From Bryobacterales bacterium (lineage in GTDB: Bacteria; Acidobacteriota; Terriglobia; Bryobacterales; UBA6623), in the NCBI GenBank assembly GCA_963422375.2, contig OY729428.2, positions 2,240,001-2,304,000 of the forward strand: a stretch of DNA of 64,000 nucleotides. The letters are read 5' to 3'. The position numbers and the translations under genes were made by a program. Under the pieces are notes generated by a model. That model ran no database searches. It was given only the letters and a program-made list of their open reading frames with translations, and was not told where the DNA came from. Below, piece after piece: positions 1 to 10,654 of this stretch (position 1 is the first letter of the stretch; each line of letters begins with the position of its first letter).

Positions 1-99
1 CGAGCTTACTTGACGGACACTTGATGGCCGGCAGGACCCGGCTCGCCCAGGCAACCTGTTGCACGGAAGCAGCGTGCGCGGGGACAAGAGCGAATCGGG

Positions 100-520
100 T
101 TCAGCCAAGCGGTGGACCTCGCCTCCGACTACCCCAACACGGCGATCGCGCGGGACGGCAGGCTGGCGCGCACCCCGAACGAGTTCGACGTGTGGGGCTA
201 CATGAAAGGGGGTCAGCGAGTTCGACCAGCCGCACGCCGCGCTGCTCCGGCTAAGTTACTCGGCGCCCGCCCTCAGGGGCCTGCCGAGGCCACTGCGAGC
301 GGTTCTGGACGGCTGGCAGGCGAGTTCGGTGGTGCTGTGGAAGTCGGGCACGCCGTTCGGTCTTCGCTCCGGCTCCGACTCTCCGGGAACCGGAAACGTC
401 GACGGTGCCGGGAGCGACCGCCCGAACTTGCAGGATCCGTCCATCCTCGGCCTCGTCGTCAACCACCCCGATACATCGCGGGCTTTGCTGTCGCGGGATG
501 CGTTCGAGTTCATCGAGCCG
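100..520 (+). pseudogene. C-terminal fragment of a TonB-dependent receptor, frameshifted
   Basis: Joining two frames across the G5 run at 208-212 gives FSQAVDLASDY...KGVSEFDQPHA...GWQASSVVLWKSGTPF...GNVDGAGSDRPNLQDPSILG, which resembles acidobacterial TBDR barrel C-termini. Similarity stops near 520. Confidence 0.6.
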
Positions 521-1234
521 ATGAGGGAATCTCTTCACTTGCCGACCTTGGCCAGCCCCCCTCCTTGCAGGCATCCGCTGCCACCGGTCCCGTTGGCTGA
601 GCTGCGGTGCATGAACGACAAGGGCGACTGGGAGGACATCGACGATTCCCTGTACAGTCCGCATCATTCCGACCGAGTGCAAGTGCGATTCTCCGTACCG
701 CAAGGCACCTTGCTGCTGCTGGACCTGCTTTGCGGGCTCGACCAGGGGCTCGGCGTGGCAACGAGCCATAGCAGTGTCATCGATCGAGCTCTCGAAGAGC
801 TAGGCTCCTGCATTAGCGGGAAGGCAACTTGGGTGCCGACCAATCCCTGCCCCGAGTGCGATCCTAACGCGACAGACTTCTATCTCGGGCCTGCGACGGA
901 ACTAGAGTTGGAACTCCGGGAACCGGGGCTGGCTTTGCTGCACTTCACGACGCAACCCGGAACGATCTCCCTGATTTACGGGATTCTAGGCCAGGAAGGC
1001 CTTGAACCGATTTCGCCAGCGACGCTTCTCACGCACGTGATGTCCACCGGATTCCTCCGCCTGCTCCGGAAGCATTCGCAGCCCCGCGACGAGTCCCAAG
1101 ACCCACTGGACTTTCGAGATCCACCGCACACTCGGGACCCACTGGACCCTCAACGCGCCCCGGAACATACGCCGGCGACCAGACGCAGGCGGAATGCCAG
1201 GCGCCGTGCTCGCAGGAGACGGCTTCGCCGCTGA
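521..1234 (+). CDS. Hypothetical protein with possible ribbon-helix-helix segment and Arg-rich C-tail (start 521 or 611)
   Basis: Distal part of ORF 329..1234; RVQVRFSVP..LLLLD...SHSSVIDRALEE pattern; ends RRRRNARRRARRRRLRR. Confidence 0.4.
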   Translation: MRESLHLPTLASPPPCRHPLPPVPLAELRCMNDKGDWEDIDDSLYSPHHSDRVQVRFSVPQGTLLLLDLLCGLDQGLGVATSHSSVIDRALEELGSCISGKATWVPTNPCPECDPNATDFYLGPATELELELREPGLALLHFTTQPGTISLIYGILGQEGLEPISPATLLTHVMSTGFLRLLRKHSQPRDESQDPLDFRDPPHTRDPLDPQRAPEHTPATRRRRNARRRARRRRLRR

Positions 1235-1549
1235 GCACGGCCCGGCGGAGGTCGGCCGTGCAGGCCCGGCGGCGGCTAAGGTCCGGCGGGTCCAACGGAT
1301 CCCTGCCCCGGCTGCCAAACGGGCCCGGCACCGGCAACCTTCGGCAGATTTCGACGCTCTTGACGGCTTCACGCTGCGCGGGCGGAATCGTCTCGCCGGA
1401 CGCCGCCGCGAACGCCTAGTCCACCGCGGTTCGCGGGGATTTCGACGGCAAACGCTTTCTGCCGACCGTGGGCAATCGGCCCCGGCAGGCCGGCGTCCGA
1501 CCCAGCCGCTAGGATAGACGCAAGGGCGGACGCTCGGCTCGCCGTCAGG

Positions 1550-3130
1550 ATGAAGGCCATGCGGCATTTCAACACGACCGGTCCGGTCGTGGCGGTAGAC
1601 CACTACCTCATCCCCCCCCTGCAGAGATTTGATCTCGGGGAAGTTCTCGCCCTTATCGGCAATAAGAAGTACTTCGTGCTGCACGCTCCGAGGCAGTCGG
1701 GCAAGACTTCGGCTTTGGTAGCACTGCGGGACTTGCTGAACAGCAGCTCGGATAGGGACTACCGATGCGTCTACGCCAGCGTCGAGGAGGCGGCGACTGA
1801 CCGCGAAGACACCGCGGCCGCGATGAAATCGATTCTGGGCGCGCTGGCATCGAAGGCTAGGCGAGATCTTGGAGACACATTTGTCGGGGACGTCTGGCAG
1901 GAGATGCTCCAGCGCTACGGCTCCGGCAGGGCCCTCGCCGAGACGCTTTGCTCCTGGGCGGAGGCCGACTCGCGGCCTCTGGTGCTGTTAATTGACGAGA
2001 TCGACGCGCTGGTTGGCGACACTCTGCTCTCCGTGCTTCGACAGCTCCGCGCCGGCTATCCCGATCGCCCATCCGGGTTCCCGCACAGCATCGTTCTGTG
2101 CGGCATGCGCGACCTGCGCGACTACCGCATCCAGTCGGGATCGAAGGGGAAGGTTGTCGCGAGCCCCTTCAACATCAGCGCGAAGTCCCTGCGGCTCGGA
2201 GACTTCTCGCGAGCGGATGTCGCGGAGCTTCTGGGCCAGCACACGTCGGAAACGGGGCAGGCTTTTGAGACCGGCGCAATTGAGCGGGTGTGGGCCCAGA
2301 CTCAGGGCCAGCCGTGGCTGGTGAACGCCCTCTGCGCAGAGGCATGCTTCAGGAAGGGTGAATTGCGCCACCCCCGCCGCTCGATCCGCGAGGCCGACAT
2401 CGTCCAAGCGCAGGAGGAACTAATCCTGCAGCGGTCGGTGCATCTCGACCAGCTTGCAGACAAGCTCACCGAGGACCGCGTGAGACGCGTGATCGAGCCG
2501 ATCCTAGGCGGCTCCGCAAGCGAGGACTTTTCTGTTCGCGACTTCGAATACGTGCGTGACTTGGGACTCGTCGCCGTCGATGACCCGCTCCGAATAGCTA
2601 ATCCTATCTACGCCGAGGTCGTGCCTCGGGAACTAACCTTCACCGCGCAGAGGCGCATGGTCCAAGACTCGGCATGGTTCGTGCTCCCCGACGGGGGCCT
2701 TGACGCGCCAAGGCTCATGGGAGCGTTCCAAGAGTTCTTCCGAGAGAACTCGGAGCACTGGATCGAGCGCTTCAAGTACAAGGAGGCCGGGCCGCAGCTG
2801 CTCCTGCAAGCGTACCTGCAACGCATTGTGAACGGAGGCGGCCGCATCGAGCGCGAATACGGTCTCGGGCGGGGGCGCACGGATCTGCTGTTGGTCTGGC
2901 CGACCGGGCAGGGGACCCAACGGTTCGTGATCGAATGCAAGATCCTGAGGGGCAGCTTGGAGCGAGCGATCAGCGACGGCGTACAGCAAACCGCTCAGTA
3001 CATGGATCGCTGCGCCGCCGCGTCCGGCCACTTGGTGATATTCCACCGCCGGGAAGGAGGATGGAACGGCAAGGTGTTCCGGCGGCGGGAGCACTCGCCC
3101 GCCGGTCCCGTCGATGTCTGGGGCATGTAG
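1550..3130 (+). CDS. AAA-like ATPase with C-terminal PD-(D/E)XK-like domain
   Basis: N-terminal FNTTGP, Walker A APRQSGKT, Walker B LLIDEID, C-terminal EREYGLGRGRTDLL...VIECK. Confidence 0.85.
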   Translation: MKAMRHFNTTGPVVAVDHYLIPPLQRFDLGEVLALIGNKKYFVLHAPRQSGKTSALVALRDLLNSSSDRDYRCVYASVEEAATDREDTAAAMKSILGALASKARRDLGDTFVGDVWQEMLQRYGSGRALAETLCSWAEADSRPLVLLIDEIDALVGDTLLSVLRQLRAGYPDRPSGFPHSIVLCGMRDLRDYRIQSGSKGKVVASPFNISAKSLRLGDFSRADVAELLGQHTSETGQAFETGAIERVWAQTQGQPWLVNALCAEACFRKGELRHPRRSIREADIVQAQEELILQRSVHLDQLADKLTEDRVRRVIEPILGGSASEDFSVRDFEYVRDLGLVAVDDPLRIANPIYAEVVPRELTFTAQRRMVQDSAWFVLPDGGLDAPRLMGAFQEFFRENSEHWIERFKYKEAGPQLLLQAYLQRIVNGGGRIEREYGLGRGRTDLLLVWPTGQGTQRFVIECKILRGSLERAISDGVQQTAQYMDRCAAASGHLVIFHRREGGWNGKVFRRREHSPAGPVDVWGM

Positions 3131-3989
3131 CAACCCACCGCCCGGCGGCCCTCGTCTAGACATCGAGCCCTGCGGAAGAGGCGGCTTGCCGCTTGCAGGG
3201 AAGGGCAAGGAAGTGCCACCGCCGGGGTGCATACGGCTGCGAGGTCGACCGCGGTCGCACTGCCCCGGGCAGGTTCCGATTCGGACAGGCCGAGGTCGCT
3301 GGTCCGCGCCATGCGCAACGGAGATCTGAGCCGACTCGCGACACCGGGGGCCCCTGCGAGGAGACTGCGCACGACGAGCGGGCCTGCCGCTTCTTGCATT
3401 GATGCTCCTGTAGTTCCGGCGCGTCGCGAGAGAGCATTGAGGGAAGCCGACGCACGGCGGACCTTCGGTTTCGCGCCCGATTGGGCGGCCAGTCCGTCGC
3501 TCCGACAAGCGTCTTCGCAACCCGAGATGACGATGGCGGGGGGGGGCACAGCGGCGTGAGTCTTCCGCGAGGAGGTGCGAGCCCGCTGCTCGGGTCGCGG
3601 TCCAATGGATTCCGGAATTAGGCCTTACATGGCTGCAAGTGCTGACGCACGAGAGCACCACGGAATTCGCTAGCAAGGCCCTCTCGAAGGGCGGGTACGA
3701 AAGGGTTGCTCCGGCGGCGATGCTCGCGCATATCTTGGCGTCCAATGAATTCGGAGCGACGCGACACAGCTGCTTCCAAGCGCCGCTGCCCCTCTCCGAG
3801 CCCTCAGGACCGAGGCAGCTCGCCCCGCCGCAGGGCGCGCCGAAGACACCGCTAAGTCCGGGACCGCCACGGTTGCGTCGCCCGCGTCGGGGCAGACCGT
3901 GCATGCGAGCGGGTGGACTGCGGACAGGGCGAAATCCCGGAATCGGGCTCGTCCTGCGGGCGCGATGAGGACCGCATCGGCCGGTCCAC

Positions 3990-5012
3990 TCAGAACCCTT
4001 CGACGCTGATTCGATAGACTCCCTCCCACGATTCGCCCGGCGGAATGGAAGGCAGGCCCGAGTACACGCCGCGATGGGCCAGGTTGAAGGCGTTGGTGAT
4101 GCCCGACATCGGCTCGAAGCAAACGAACGACTGGCGGTCGCCCGTCGGGGCGTAGACGACTGCCGTGGGATAGCCCGGGCCGTAGGCGACAGTCAGGCGC
4201 TCGCGGAGACCGCGCACATGAAACCTCGTCCAGCCGTCGGCGTCGCGTTTCAGATGGCCGAACACGTGGTCGAGAAAGCTGCCGCGCAACGGCAGGTCTC
4301 CCTTTTCGTCGACCGGAAGGGCCGCGCCAGTCTCGACCGTTGCGCCGGTCGGCGTGAAACGGCTGTCGAGCGCCCAGACCGAGCGCGCCGCCAGCCGGAC
4401 GGTCCAGGAGTCCCGCGGGCAGTCATGCAGGTTGAAGTAGGGATGGAAGCCGACCGACACCGGCATCGCCTCGGCGCCGGTGTTCGTTACGACGGTGCGC
4501 GTCTCGAGCGTCGAGCCCGCGAGGCGGTAGGTCATCCGGATGCGGTGGGCGAACGGGAACTGGGCCATCAGGCGCGGGAATCGAGCGAAGTCCAGGACGC
4601 TCGAGGCTACGGCAGCGTCCGGTCCGGCCCTGAGGGACGCGAGCTCCCAGTGAGGCGAATGGAGCAGCAAGCCATGGATCGGCTGCTGGTCGCTGTCCAG
4701 CAGGTAGTTGTCCAGCCCGCGGTTCAGCTCGTAACGCGTTCCGTTCGCGAAGAACGCATGCTCATCCAATCGATTGGCCCACGGTGCCAAGAACGGGTTG
4801 CCGCACAGATCCGGCGCGCGCACGAACTCGCCGACGGAACCGTGCGGGAACCAAAAGGCGTTCTTGCCATTGACCAGAAACTCGTAAGCGTTGTTCCCGA
4901 GACGAAGGGCGACCGACACGGAGACGCCGTCCGGCCCGGTCAGCTGGACGACATCGGTCCCTTCGATCTCGCTGATGCGGGCGGCATGCGACCGGGCTGC
5001 AGACATGCTCAT
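3990..5012 (-). CDS. Aldose 1-epimerase family protein
   Basis: PFLAPWANRL, IHGLL, GFHPYF and FVCFEPM motifs. Confidence 0.85.
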   Translation of the reverse strand: MSMSAARSHAARISEIEGTDVVQLTGPDGVSVSVALRLGNNAYEFLVNGKNAFWFPHGSVGEFVRAPDLCGNPFLAPWANRLDEHAFFANGTRYELNRGLDNYLLDSDQQPIHGLLLHSPHWELASLRAGPDAAVASSVLDFARFPRLMAQFPFAHRIRMTYRLAGSTLETRTVVTNTGAEAMPVSVGFHPYFNLHDCPRDSWTVRLAARSVWALDSRFTPTGATVETGAALPVDEKGDLPLRGSFLDHVFGHLKRDADGWTRFHVRGLRERLTVAYGPGYPTAVVYAPTGDRQSFVCFEPMSGITNAFNLAHRGVYSGLPSIPPGESWEGVYRISVEGF

Positions 5013-5123
5013 GCGAGGTAGACCAGAGTACCGCACCGACTTCGGCAATGTCCTTGCATCCCAGCGCCTTGGGCTCGCATTGCGAAACTCCTGCCGAAGC
5101 CCGCGGGCCGCGGCGTCCGCGCG

Positions 5124-5543
5124 CTACTCGCCCGGAATCTCCCGCAGGTCCGTGTCGCCCTGGCAGCACATGCAGCGACCCGGCTCGTGGGTCGTGATGT
5201 GGCAGATCACGCAGTAATACGTCACGCGATGGATTTCGCCGTCCTTCACCGTGTACGCCTTCTCGACGGCGAAGCGGCCGTCGTCGCGACGGGTCCCGCG
5301 CACATCCCAGAGGCGGCCGGCCAGCCGCGGGTCACGCATGGCGCGGTCGATCGACTCGTCGGACGCAAGTTCGACGGTCGTGCCGTCAGCCGCCGCCAAG
5401 CGCAGGGGCTCTCCGTCCGCCGGAGGCTCGAGGCGCCCGCGAAGCGAAGCGTCCTGCGCCTGGACGGCCAAGACCGCCACCACGAGCGCCGCACCCAGCG
5501 CGGAGACAGCCCGCAGCGCCCGAGCAAACTTTTCCGATAACAT
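5124..5543 (-). CDS. Secreted hypothetical protein with C-terminal Cys-rich metal-binding-like motif
   Basis: Signal peptide ending AVQA; C-terminal YYCVICHITTHEPGRCMCCQ. Confidence 0.7.
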   Translation of the reverse strand: MLSEKFARALRAVSALGAALVVAVLAVQAQDASLRGRLEPPADGEPLRLAAADGTTVELASDESIDRAMRDPRLAGRLWDVRGTRRDDGRFAVEKAYTVKDGEIHRVTYYCVICHITTHEPGRCMCCQGDTDLREIPGE

Positions 5544-5635
5544 GGATTATGTAAACTAATGGGCTCCCGGCCCACTTAGCCCTCCGAGATTGACTCTAGC
5601 GCATGGGCCGCCGGGCTGCCGGCCCTGCCCGCCGG

Positions 5636-6859
5636 CTACCAGTCTACGGCCGCGCCGTCGAACGCGTCGTAGGGCTGCGGGTTGGTCCAGTCGTGATCGA
5701 TCTTGTCGGCGATCGCCTCGTCGTCGATCTCGATGCCGAGGCCCGGTTTCGTCGGCAGCTCGACGTAGCCGTCTGCGAAGCGCAGCGGCTCCTTGAGGTA
5801 GCCTTCCCCGAGCGACCGGAACTCCTGGCACATGAAGTTGGGAATCGTCGCGTCCAAGTGGACGCACACGGCCGTCGCGATCGGCCCCAGCGGGTTGTGC
5901 GGCGCGAGCGCTGCGTAGTACGACTCGGCCATGCCTGCGATGAGCCTCGCCTCCATGATCCCGCCGCAGTGAGAGAGATCGGGCTGAAGGATCGACGCGG
6001 CGCCCTTCTCCAGGACCTCGCGGAAGCCCCACTTGGTGAAGACCCGCTCGCCTGTCGCGATCGGCAGGTGCGTGCCCCGAGCGATCTCGGCCATGATGTC
6101 GTGATTCTGGCAGTTGACCGGCTCCTCGACGAACATCGGCTGGTACGGCTCGAGCGCCTTGATCAGCAGCTTGGCCGTCTGCGGGCTGATCGCGCCGTGA
6201 AAGTCGATTCCGATGTCGGCCTCGTCGCCGCCGGCCTCCCGCAAGGCGCGGAAGCGCTCGGCGACCTGGCCCACGAAGGCCTTGTTCTCGACAATCCGCG
6301 CCGGGCGCTCCTTGAACGGGCCGACCTTGAATGCGGTGAAGCCGTTGGCCATGTCGGCGCGAATCGTGTCGGGAGTCGTGCCGCCCTTGTAAAGCCGCAC
6401 CCTGTCGCGGGTTGGCCCGCCGAGTAGCGCGTAAACGGGTACGCCCAGCGCCTGCCCGGTGATGTCCCACATCGCCTGCTCCACACCGCTGAGCGCGCTC
6501 GTCAGGACGGGCCCCCCGCGGTAGAACGCGTGGCGGTAGATCGCCTGCCAGTGGTGCTGCACGCGCCGGGGATCCTGGCCGAGCAGGTACGGCTCCATCT
6601 CGCGGATGGCCTCGGCAACCGTCTTCGCCCGCCCTTCGACGATCGGCTCGCCGAGACCCACAAGCCCCGTGTCGGTATGCATCCTCAGAAAGAGCCAGCG
6701 GGGCTTGACCAAGAAGGTCTCAAGTCTGGTGATGCGGAGCGACTCGCCGAAGGGCACCGGCGCGGCGGAGGCGGACGACGACAGGGCGGCGGCGGCTGCA
6801 AGGCCGGCGGCTGCACCCTGCAATACGGAACGGCGCTTGAGGTTGTCGGGCATCAGCAT
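5636..6859 (-). CDS. dgoD: Galactonate dehydratase-like enolase-superfamily enzyme with Tat signal
   Basis: PRWLFL, GEPIVEGRA, FYRGGPVLTSALSG, DFHG, EEP, TGER, APHNPLGP; N-terminal KRRSVL plus hydrophobic stretch. Confidence 0.85.
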   Translation of the reverse strand: MLMPDNLKRRSVLQGAAAGLAAAAALSSSASAAPVPFGESLRITRLETFLVKPRWLFLRMHTDTGLVGLGEPIVEGRAKTVAEAIREMEPYLLGQDPRRVQHHWQAIYRHAFYRGGPVLTSALSGVEQAMWDITGQALGVPVYALLGGPTRDRVRLYKGGTTPDTIRADMANGFTAFKVGPFKERPARIVENKAFVGQVAERFRALREAGGDEADIGIDFHGAISPQTAKLLIKALEPYQPMFVEEPVNCQNHDIMAEIARGTHLPIATGERVFTKWGFREVLEKGAASILQPDLSHCGGIMEARLIAGMAESYYAALAPHNPLGPIATAVCVHLDATIPNFMCQEFRSLGEGYLKEPLRFADGYVELPTKPGLGIEIDDEAIADKIDHDWTNPQPYDAFDGAAVDW

Positions 6860-7046
6860 CTACGGTACAAGAACCCCGCAGGCCGCAACAATCGAACTGC
6901 CGACCGGAGCCGGGCGGCGCTATACTATTCGCAGCGCTATGCTCTTTCGTCGCGGGTTCGTCGGGCGCCCCAGCCCGTTTCTATCGTTCTGAAGACCCCG
7001 CACGCAGGCCGGCCATGCCCGCCGGTCAAGATCAGGCAGCCATCCC

Positions 7047-7706
7047 ATGCGACATGTCACCATCATCGGACACAGAGGGGCCAAGGGCCATCCGGAGAAT
7101 ACCTTGCCGAGCTTCGAGCTCGCCATCGAGCTCGGTGCCGACGGTGTCGAGCTGGATGTGCGCCGGTCCGGCGACGGGCATCTGGTCGTAGTGCATAGCT
7201 CGGTCGTGGGAAGCCTCGCGGTCAAGTCGAATCCGTTCGCGAAGTTCCGGGAACTGCGGGACGGCTACGAGATTCCCTTGTTCGAGGATGTCCTCAAGCA
7301 GCTCTCCGGCCGCACGTTCCTCGATATCGAGCTCAAGGAGCCGGGATTCGAGGAGGAGGCCATCGAACTTATCAAGCGGCACGGCGACCCGAGCAACGCG
7401 ATGATCAGCGGTTTCGATACGACGATGCTCAACAAAGTGTCGGAGTTGCTTCCCGATATCCCGCTGGGATACATCTACAACCGCACGCACGACGAAGGAT
7501 CCCGCCACAACAGCCCGATTGACTTCGTCATACCGCAGTTCCGACTGGCATCGCGCCAGCTGATCGAAGAGGTACACGACGAGGAGCTGCAGGTGTTCGC
7601 CTGGACAGTCAATGAGGAAGCCGAGATGCGGAGGCTCGCGGATCGCGGGGTCGACGGGATCATCACCGACGAGCCGAGCCTCCTGGCCAAGGTTCTCGGA
7701 CGGTAG
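7047..7706 (+). CDS. Glycerophosphodiester phosphodiesterase family
   Basis: GHRGA...PENT, ELDV, IELK, WTVN, GVDGIITD. Confidence 0.9.
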   Translation: MRHVTIIGHRGAKGHPENTLPSFELAIELGADGVELDVRRSGDGHLVVVHSSVVGSLAVKSNPFAKFRELRDGYEIPLFEDVLKQLSGRTFLDIELKEPGFEEEAIELIKRHGDPSNAMISGFDTTMLNKVSELLPDIPLGYIYNRTHDEGSRHNSPIDFVIPQFRLASRQLIEEVHDEELQVFAWTVNEEAEMRRLADRGVDGIITDEPSLLAKVLGR

Positions 7707-7766
7707 AGCTGGCGTCGCGGGGACGGTCCCGCCGGCGCGGCGCCCGGGTTGCCCGAGGACCGACGC

Positions 7767-9590
7767 CTAGCCAGCCCCCGCCTGCTCGACGACCTCGGCA
7801 GCCAGCATCTCGTCGATCTTCTCGTCGTCGTAGTCCAGGGACCGGAGCAGCTGCCGCGTATGCTCGCCCCGTGCGGGTGGGTCGCCTTGGATGTACCCGG
7901 GGGAATCGCTCAGCTTCGGAAACACGCCGAGCTGCTCGTAGACCGCGTTGCCCTTCCCTCGGACCGGCGTGACCATGTCGCGCTCCGCTACGCCGTCGTC
8001 CTGCACGACGCGCGATATCTCGCGGACCTCGGTGACGCAGGCGTCGTACTCAGCGAAGATCTCCATCCACTCGTTGACGTCCTTCTTCTGGAAGGAGCGA
8101 GTCAGCTCCGCCTTCAAGATCTCCTGCGCGTCGCCCTCCGCGTACTGGTCCTCGATCAGGTCCGGACGGTTCATCGCCGTGCAGAGCGCCTCCCAGAACT
8201 TGGGCTCGAGCGCGGCCACGGCGACATACCGCCCGTTGCGCACCGGATAGATTCCGTAGCAAGCGTACCTGCCAAACAGGCGCTCGTAGCCGCGTCGCGG
8301 CCGCCGCTTCGTCGCGGTGTAGTTCGCAACCTGCACCGGCATGAGCCCGAGGATCGAATCGAACATCGAAATGTCGACCATCTGCCCGGTGCCGCTGCGG
8401 GTCCGGTCTTGCAATGCCAGGAGGATGCCGATCACGGTCGGCAGCGCCCCTGCCGCGACATCGGCGATCTGCACGCCCGGCACGGCCGGCATCCCGTCTG
8501 CCTCGCCCAGCAGATCGAGCATGCCGGCCAGCGCGATGTAGTTGAGGTCGTGGCCCGCTTCCTCCGCCAGAGCCCCCGTCTGGCCGTATCCCGTGAGGGC
8601 CGCGTAAATCAGCCTCGGATTGCTCTCGCGGAGGCTTTCGTACCCGAGGCCGAGGCGGTCCATGACGCCGGGCCGGAAACCGTCCAGCACCACATCGGAC
8701 TTGTTGGCAAGAGCGATGAATGCCTCCTTGCCCGCGAGGTTCTTGAGATCGATCGCGAGGCTCTGCTTGCCCCGGTTGATCGTTAGGAAGGCGGCGTTGA
8801 ACCCCTGCGACTTGGGATCGAATTCCCGCATGTAGTCGCCTTCGCCGGGCTTCTCCACCTTGATAACTTCCGCCCCGAAGCTGGCCAGGATGTGACTGGC
8901 GTACGGCCCCGGGAGCAGTCGGCTCAGGTCCAGCACGCGAACACCGTCGAGGGGCCTGCGCCCGCGCTCCGCCTGCCGACGCTCGGCGGTCGCCAGCTTT
9001 TCCTGGGTCGTTGTCTTCTTGGGAGCCTTCTTCGCTCCTCGCTTCACCTCGGGCCCGGGCAGCGGGGCGCGCTTGGAGCGCGACTTGGGCCGCCCGTCGG
9101 CTGCGCGGATGCCTCCTGCACCGGACGGGGCCGCAGGAGCGCCGGCACCACCTGCGGGCACGCCGCTCGCACCGGCGTCCGGCGGCTGCGTCGATGCCGC
9201 CTCGGCGGTCTGGGCTTCCCCGGGCGCGGCAGCCTGCGGGGACCGATCTTCGCTCTCAGGCTGGCCCTCGGCGCCCGCGCCGCCAGCCGAAACACTCTCC
9301 CCCGAGCCTCGCTCGCTGGCCGACGGCTGCGCCGCGCCCTCGTCCGCCGCGCTCCCGGCGTCTGCGGCCGACTCGTCGGTTCCGTCGCGAGACACCTCCA
9401 GCGCGGGGCCGGCCGACGAGGCATTCAAAGAGCCACCGCCGGAGGTCGGCCCGTCCCTAGCGGGATCCCCGGGGGCCGCGCGGCTCGAATCCGCTGCCGC
9501 AGCCTCGGCTGCGGCAGCGTCGCCCCCCGCCAATACCGCGGACTCCGTCGGTTCGGCGTGCTGGCGTTCGCTATCGAATCCGTCTGCCAT
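7767..9590 (-). CDS. CaiB/BaiF (family III) CoA-transferase with long low-complexity N-terminal extension
   Basis: PLDGVRVLDLSRLLPGPY, NRGKQS, FRPGVMDRLGLGY, GHDLNY. First ~200 aa are A/G/S/E/P-rich. Confidence 0.85.
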   Translation of the reverse strand: MADGFDSERQHAEPTESAVLAGGDAAAAEAAAADSSRAAPGDPARDGPTSGGGSLNASSAGPALEVSRDGTDESAADAGSAADEGAAQPSASERGSGESVSAGGAGAEGQPESEDRSPQAAAPGEAQTAEAASTQPPDAGASGVPAGGAGAPAAPSGAGGIRAADGRPKSRSKRAPLPGPEVKRGAKKAPKKTTTQEKLATAERRQAERGRRPLDGVRVLDLSRLLPGPYASHILASFGAEVIKVEKPGEGDYMREFDPKSQGFNAAFLTINRGKQSLAIDLKNLAGKEAFIALANKSDVVLDGFRPGVMDRLGLGYESLRESNPRLIYAALTGYGQTGALAEEAGHDLNYIALAGMLDLLGEADGMPAVPGVQIADVAAGALPTVIGILLALQDRTRSGTGQMVDISMFDSILGLMPVQVANYTATKRRPRRGYERLFGRYACYGIYPVRNGRYVAVAALEPKFWEALCTAMNRPDLIEDQYAEGDAQEILKAELTRSFQKKDVNEWMEIFAEYDACVTEVREISRVVQDDGVAERDMVTPVRGKGNAVYEQLGVFPKLSDSPGYIQGDPPARGEHTRQLLRSLDYDDEKIDEMLAAEVVEQAGAG

Positions 9591-9903
9591 GGTAATCTTG
9601 CGACCGACACACCGCCCGAACGGCGCGCCGTCTGACTAGGATCACTGTCCGGTGCGTATCGCAACCGGTTTCCGCAATCACCGCTGTGAAAGAAGCCAAG
9701 CAATCCCAGCCGCCGGGCCCCTCACGGCCCGTGACTATCCGGCGGTCCCGAACAACCCTTAGCCCCTATGTACCAAATAGTGTAGCACATCTGGACCGCA
9801 TGTGCAGCCGCCCGCCCGGTCCCCTGCCCCGGCGCCTGCGAGGCGACAGAGCCCGTCGAGACGCTACAATGAGAGATTCGTGGCTGCCGACCTGCCAGCG
9901 ACT

Positions 9904-9929
9904 GCAACCGTTCGAGCGGCAAGCGCGTC
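9904..9929 (+). promoter_or_regulatory. Putative ECF-sigma autoregulatory promoter
   Basis: GCAAC (9904-9908), 17 nt, CGTC (9926-9929), just upstream of ATG 9941 of the ECF sigma gene; fits the general AAC/CGT ECF consensus. Confidence 0.45.
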
Positions 9930-9940
9930 GAACATTCCGA

Positions 9941-10618
9941 ATGGCAGCGGCAACGAGTATAATCTCCGGTGAAGGCTACGCGATGCCTCATCTCGGCCCG
10001 GCAGCTTCGAATCGCCACGTGTCGTTCGAGAACGCGTCAGAAGCTGATATCGTGCGCCGGGCGCAGGCCGGCGACGAGCAGGCCTACGCAGAGATCGTCC
10101 AGCGGCATCAGAACATGGTCTTCAGCGTCGTCCACCGCATGGTTCGCCGCCGGATGGATGCCGAGGACCTGGCGCAGCAGGTCTTCGCCAAGATCTTCTT
10201 CAATCTGAACAAGTTCGACATGCGGGCGAGGCTGTCGACTTGGATCTACCGGATCGCGCTGAACGAGTCCTACGACTACCTCCGACGGCTGAAGAGCCGA
10301 CGGGTGGTCTACGAGGGCGACCTCTACGCGACGGAAGAAGACCTCAACCGCGAGCGTCCGGCCTCGGGCGACCGCGAGCCCGATGCGCTGGAGCGGGCCG
10401 AGCAGCGCGATCTCCTCGTGAAGCTGCTAGCCCACGTGTCCGCACAAGAGCGCCTGCTGCTCTTCCAGAAGGAAGTCGAGGGAAAGACCGTCACCGAGAT
10501 TTCCGAAATGACCGGGATCAACGAGAATACAATCAAGGTGAAGCTGTTCCGCGCGCGCAAGAGGCTGGTCAAGGCGGCGAAGAAGCTTGACGCGGGCAAC
10601 GCCCGGGGAACCGACTGA
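9941..10618 (+). CDS. ECF RNA polymerase sigma factor (start 9941 or 9983)
   Basis: GDEQAY, DAEDLAQQVF, STWIYRIALN, EISEMTGINENTIKVKLFRAR. Confidence 0.9.
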   Translation: MAAATSIISGEGYAMPHLGPAASNRHVSFENASEADIVRRAQAGDEQAYAEIVQRHQNMVFSVVHRMVRRRMDAEDLAQQVFAKIFFNLNKFDMRARLSTWIYRIALNESYDYLRRLKSRRVVYEGDLYATEEDLNRERPASGDREPDALERAEQRDLLVKLLAHVSAQERLLLFQKEVEGKTVTEISEMTGINENTIKVKLFRARKRLVKAAKKLDAGNARGTD

Positions 10619-10654
10619 GAGGCTCGCGAAACCGGGGAAACGAGGCACACGGCG

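Noticed and set aside
3131..3989. Overlapping ORFs in the gap after the ATPase
   Set aside because: No recognisable motifs; typical GC-rich spurious frames.
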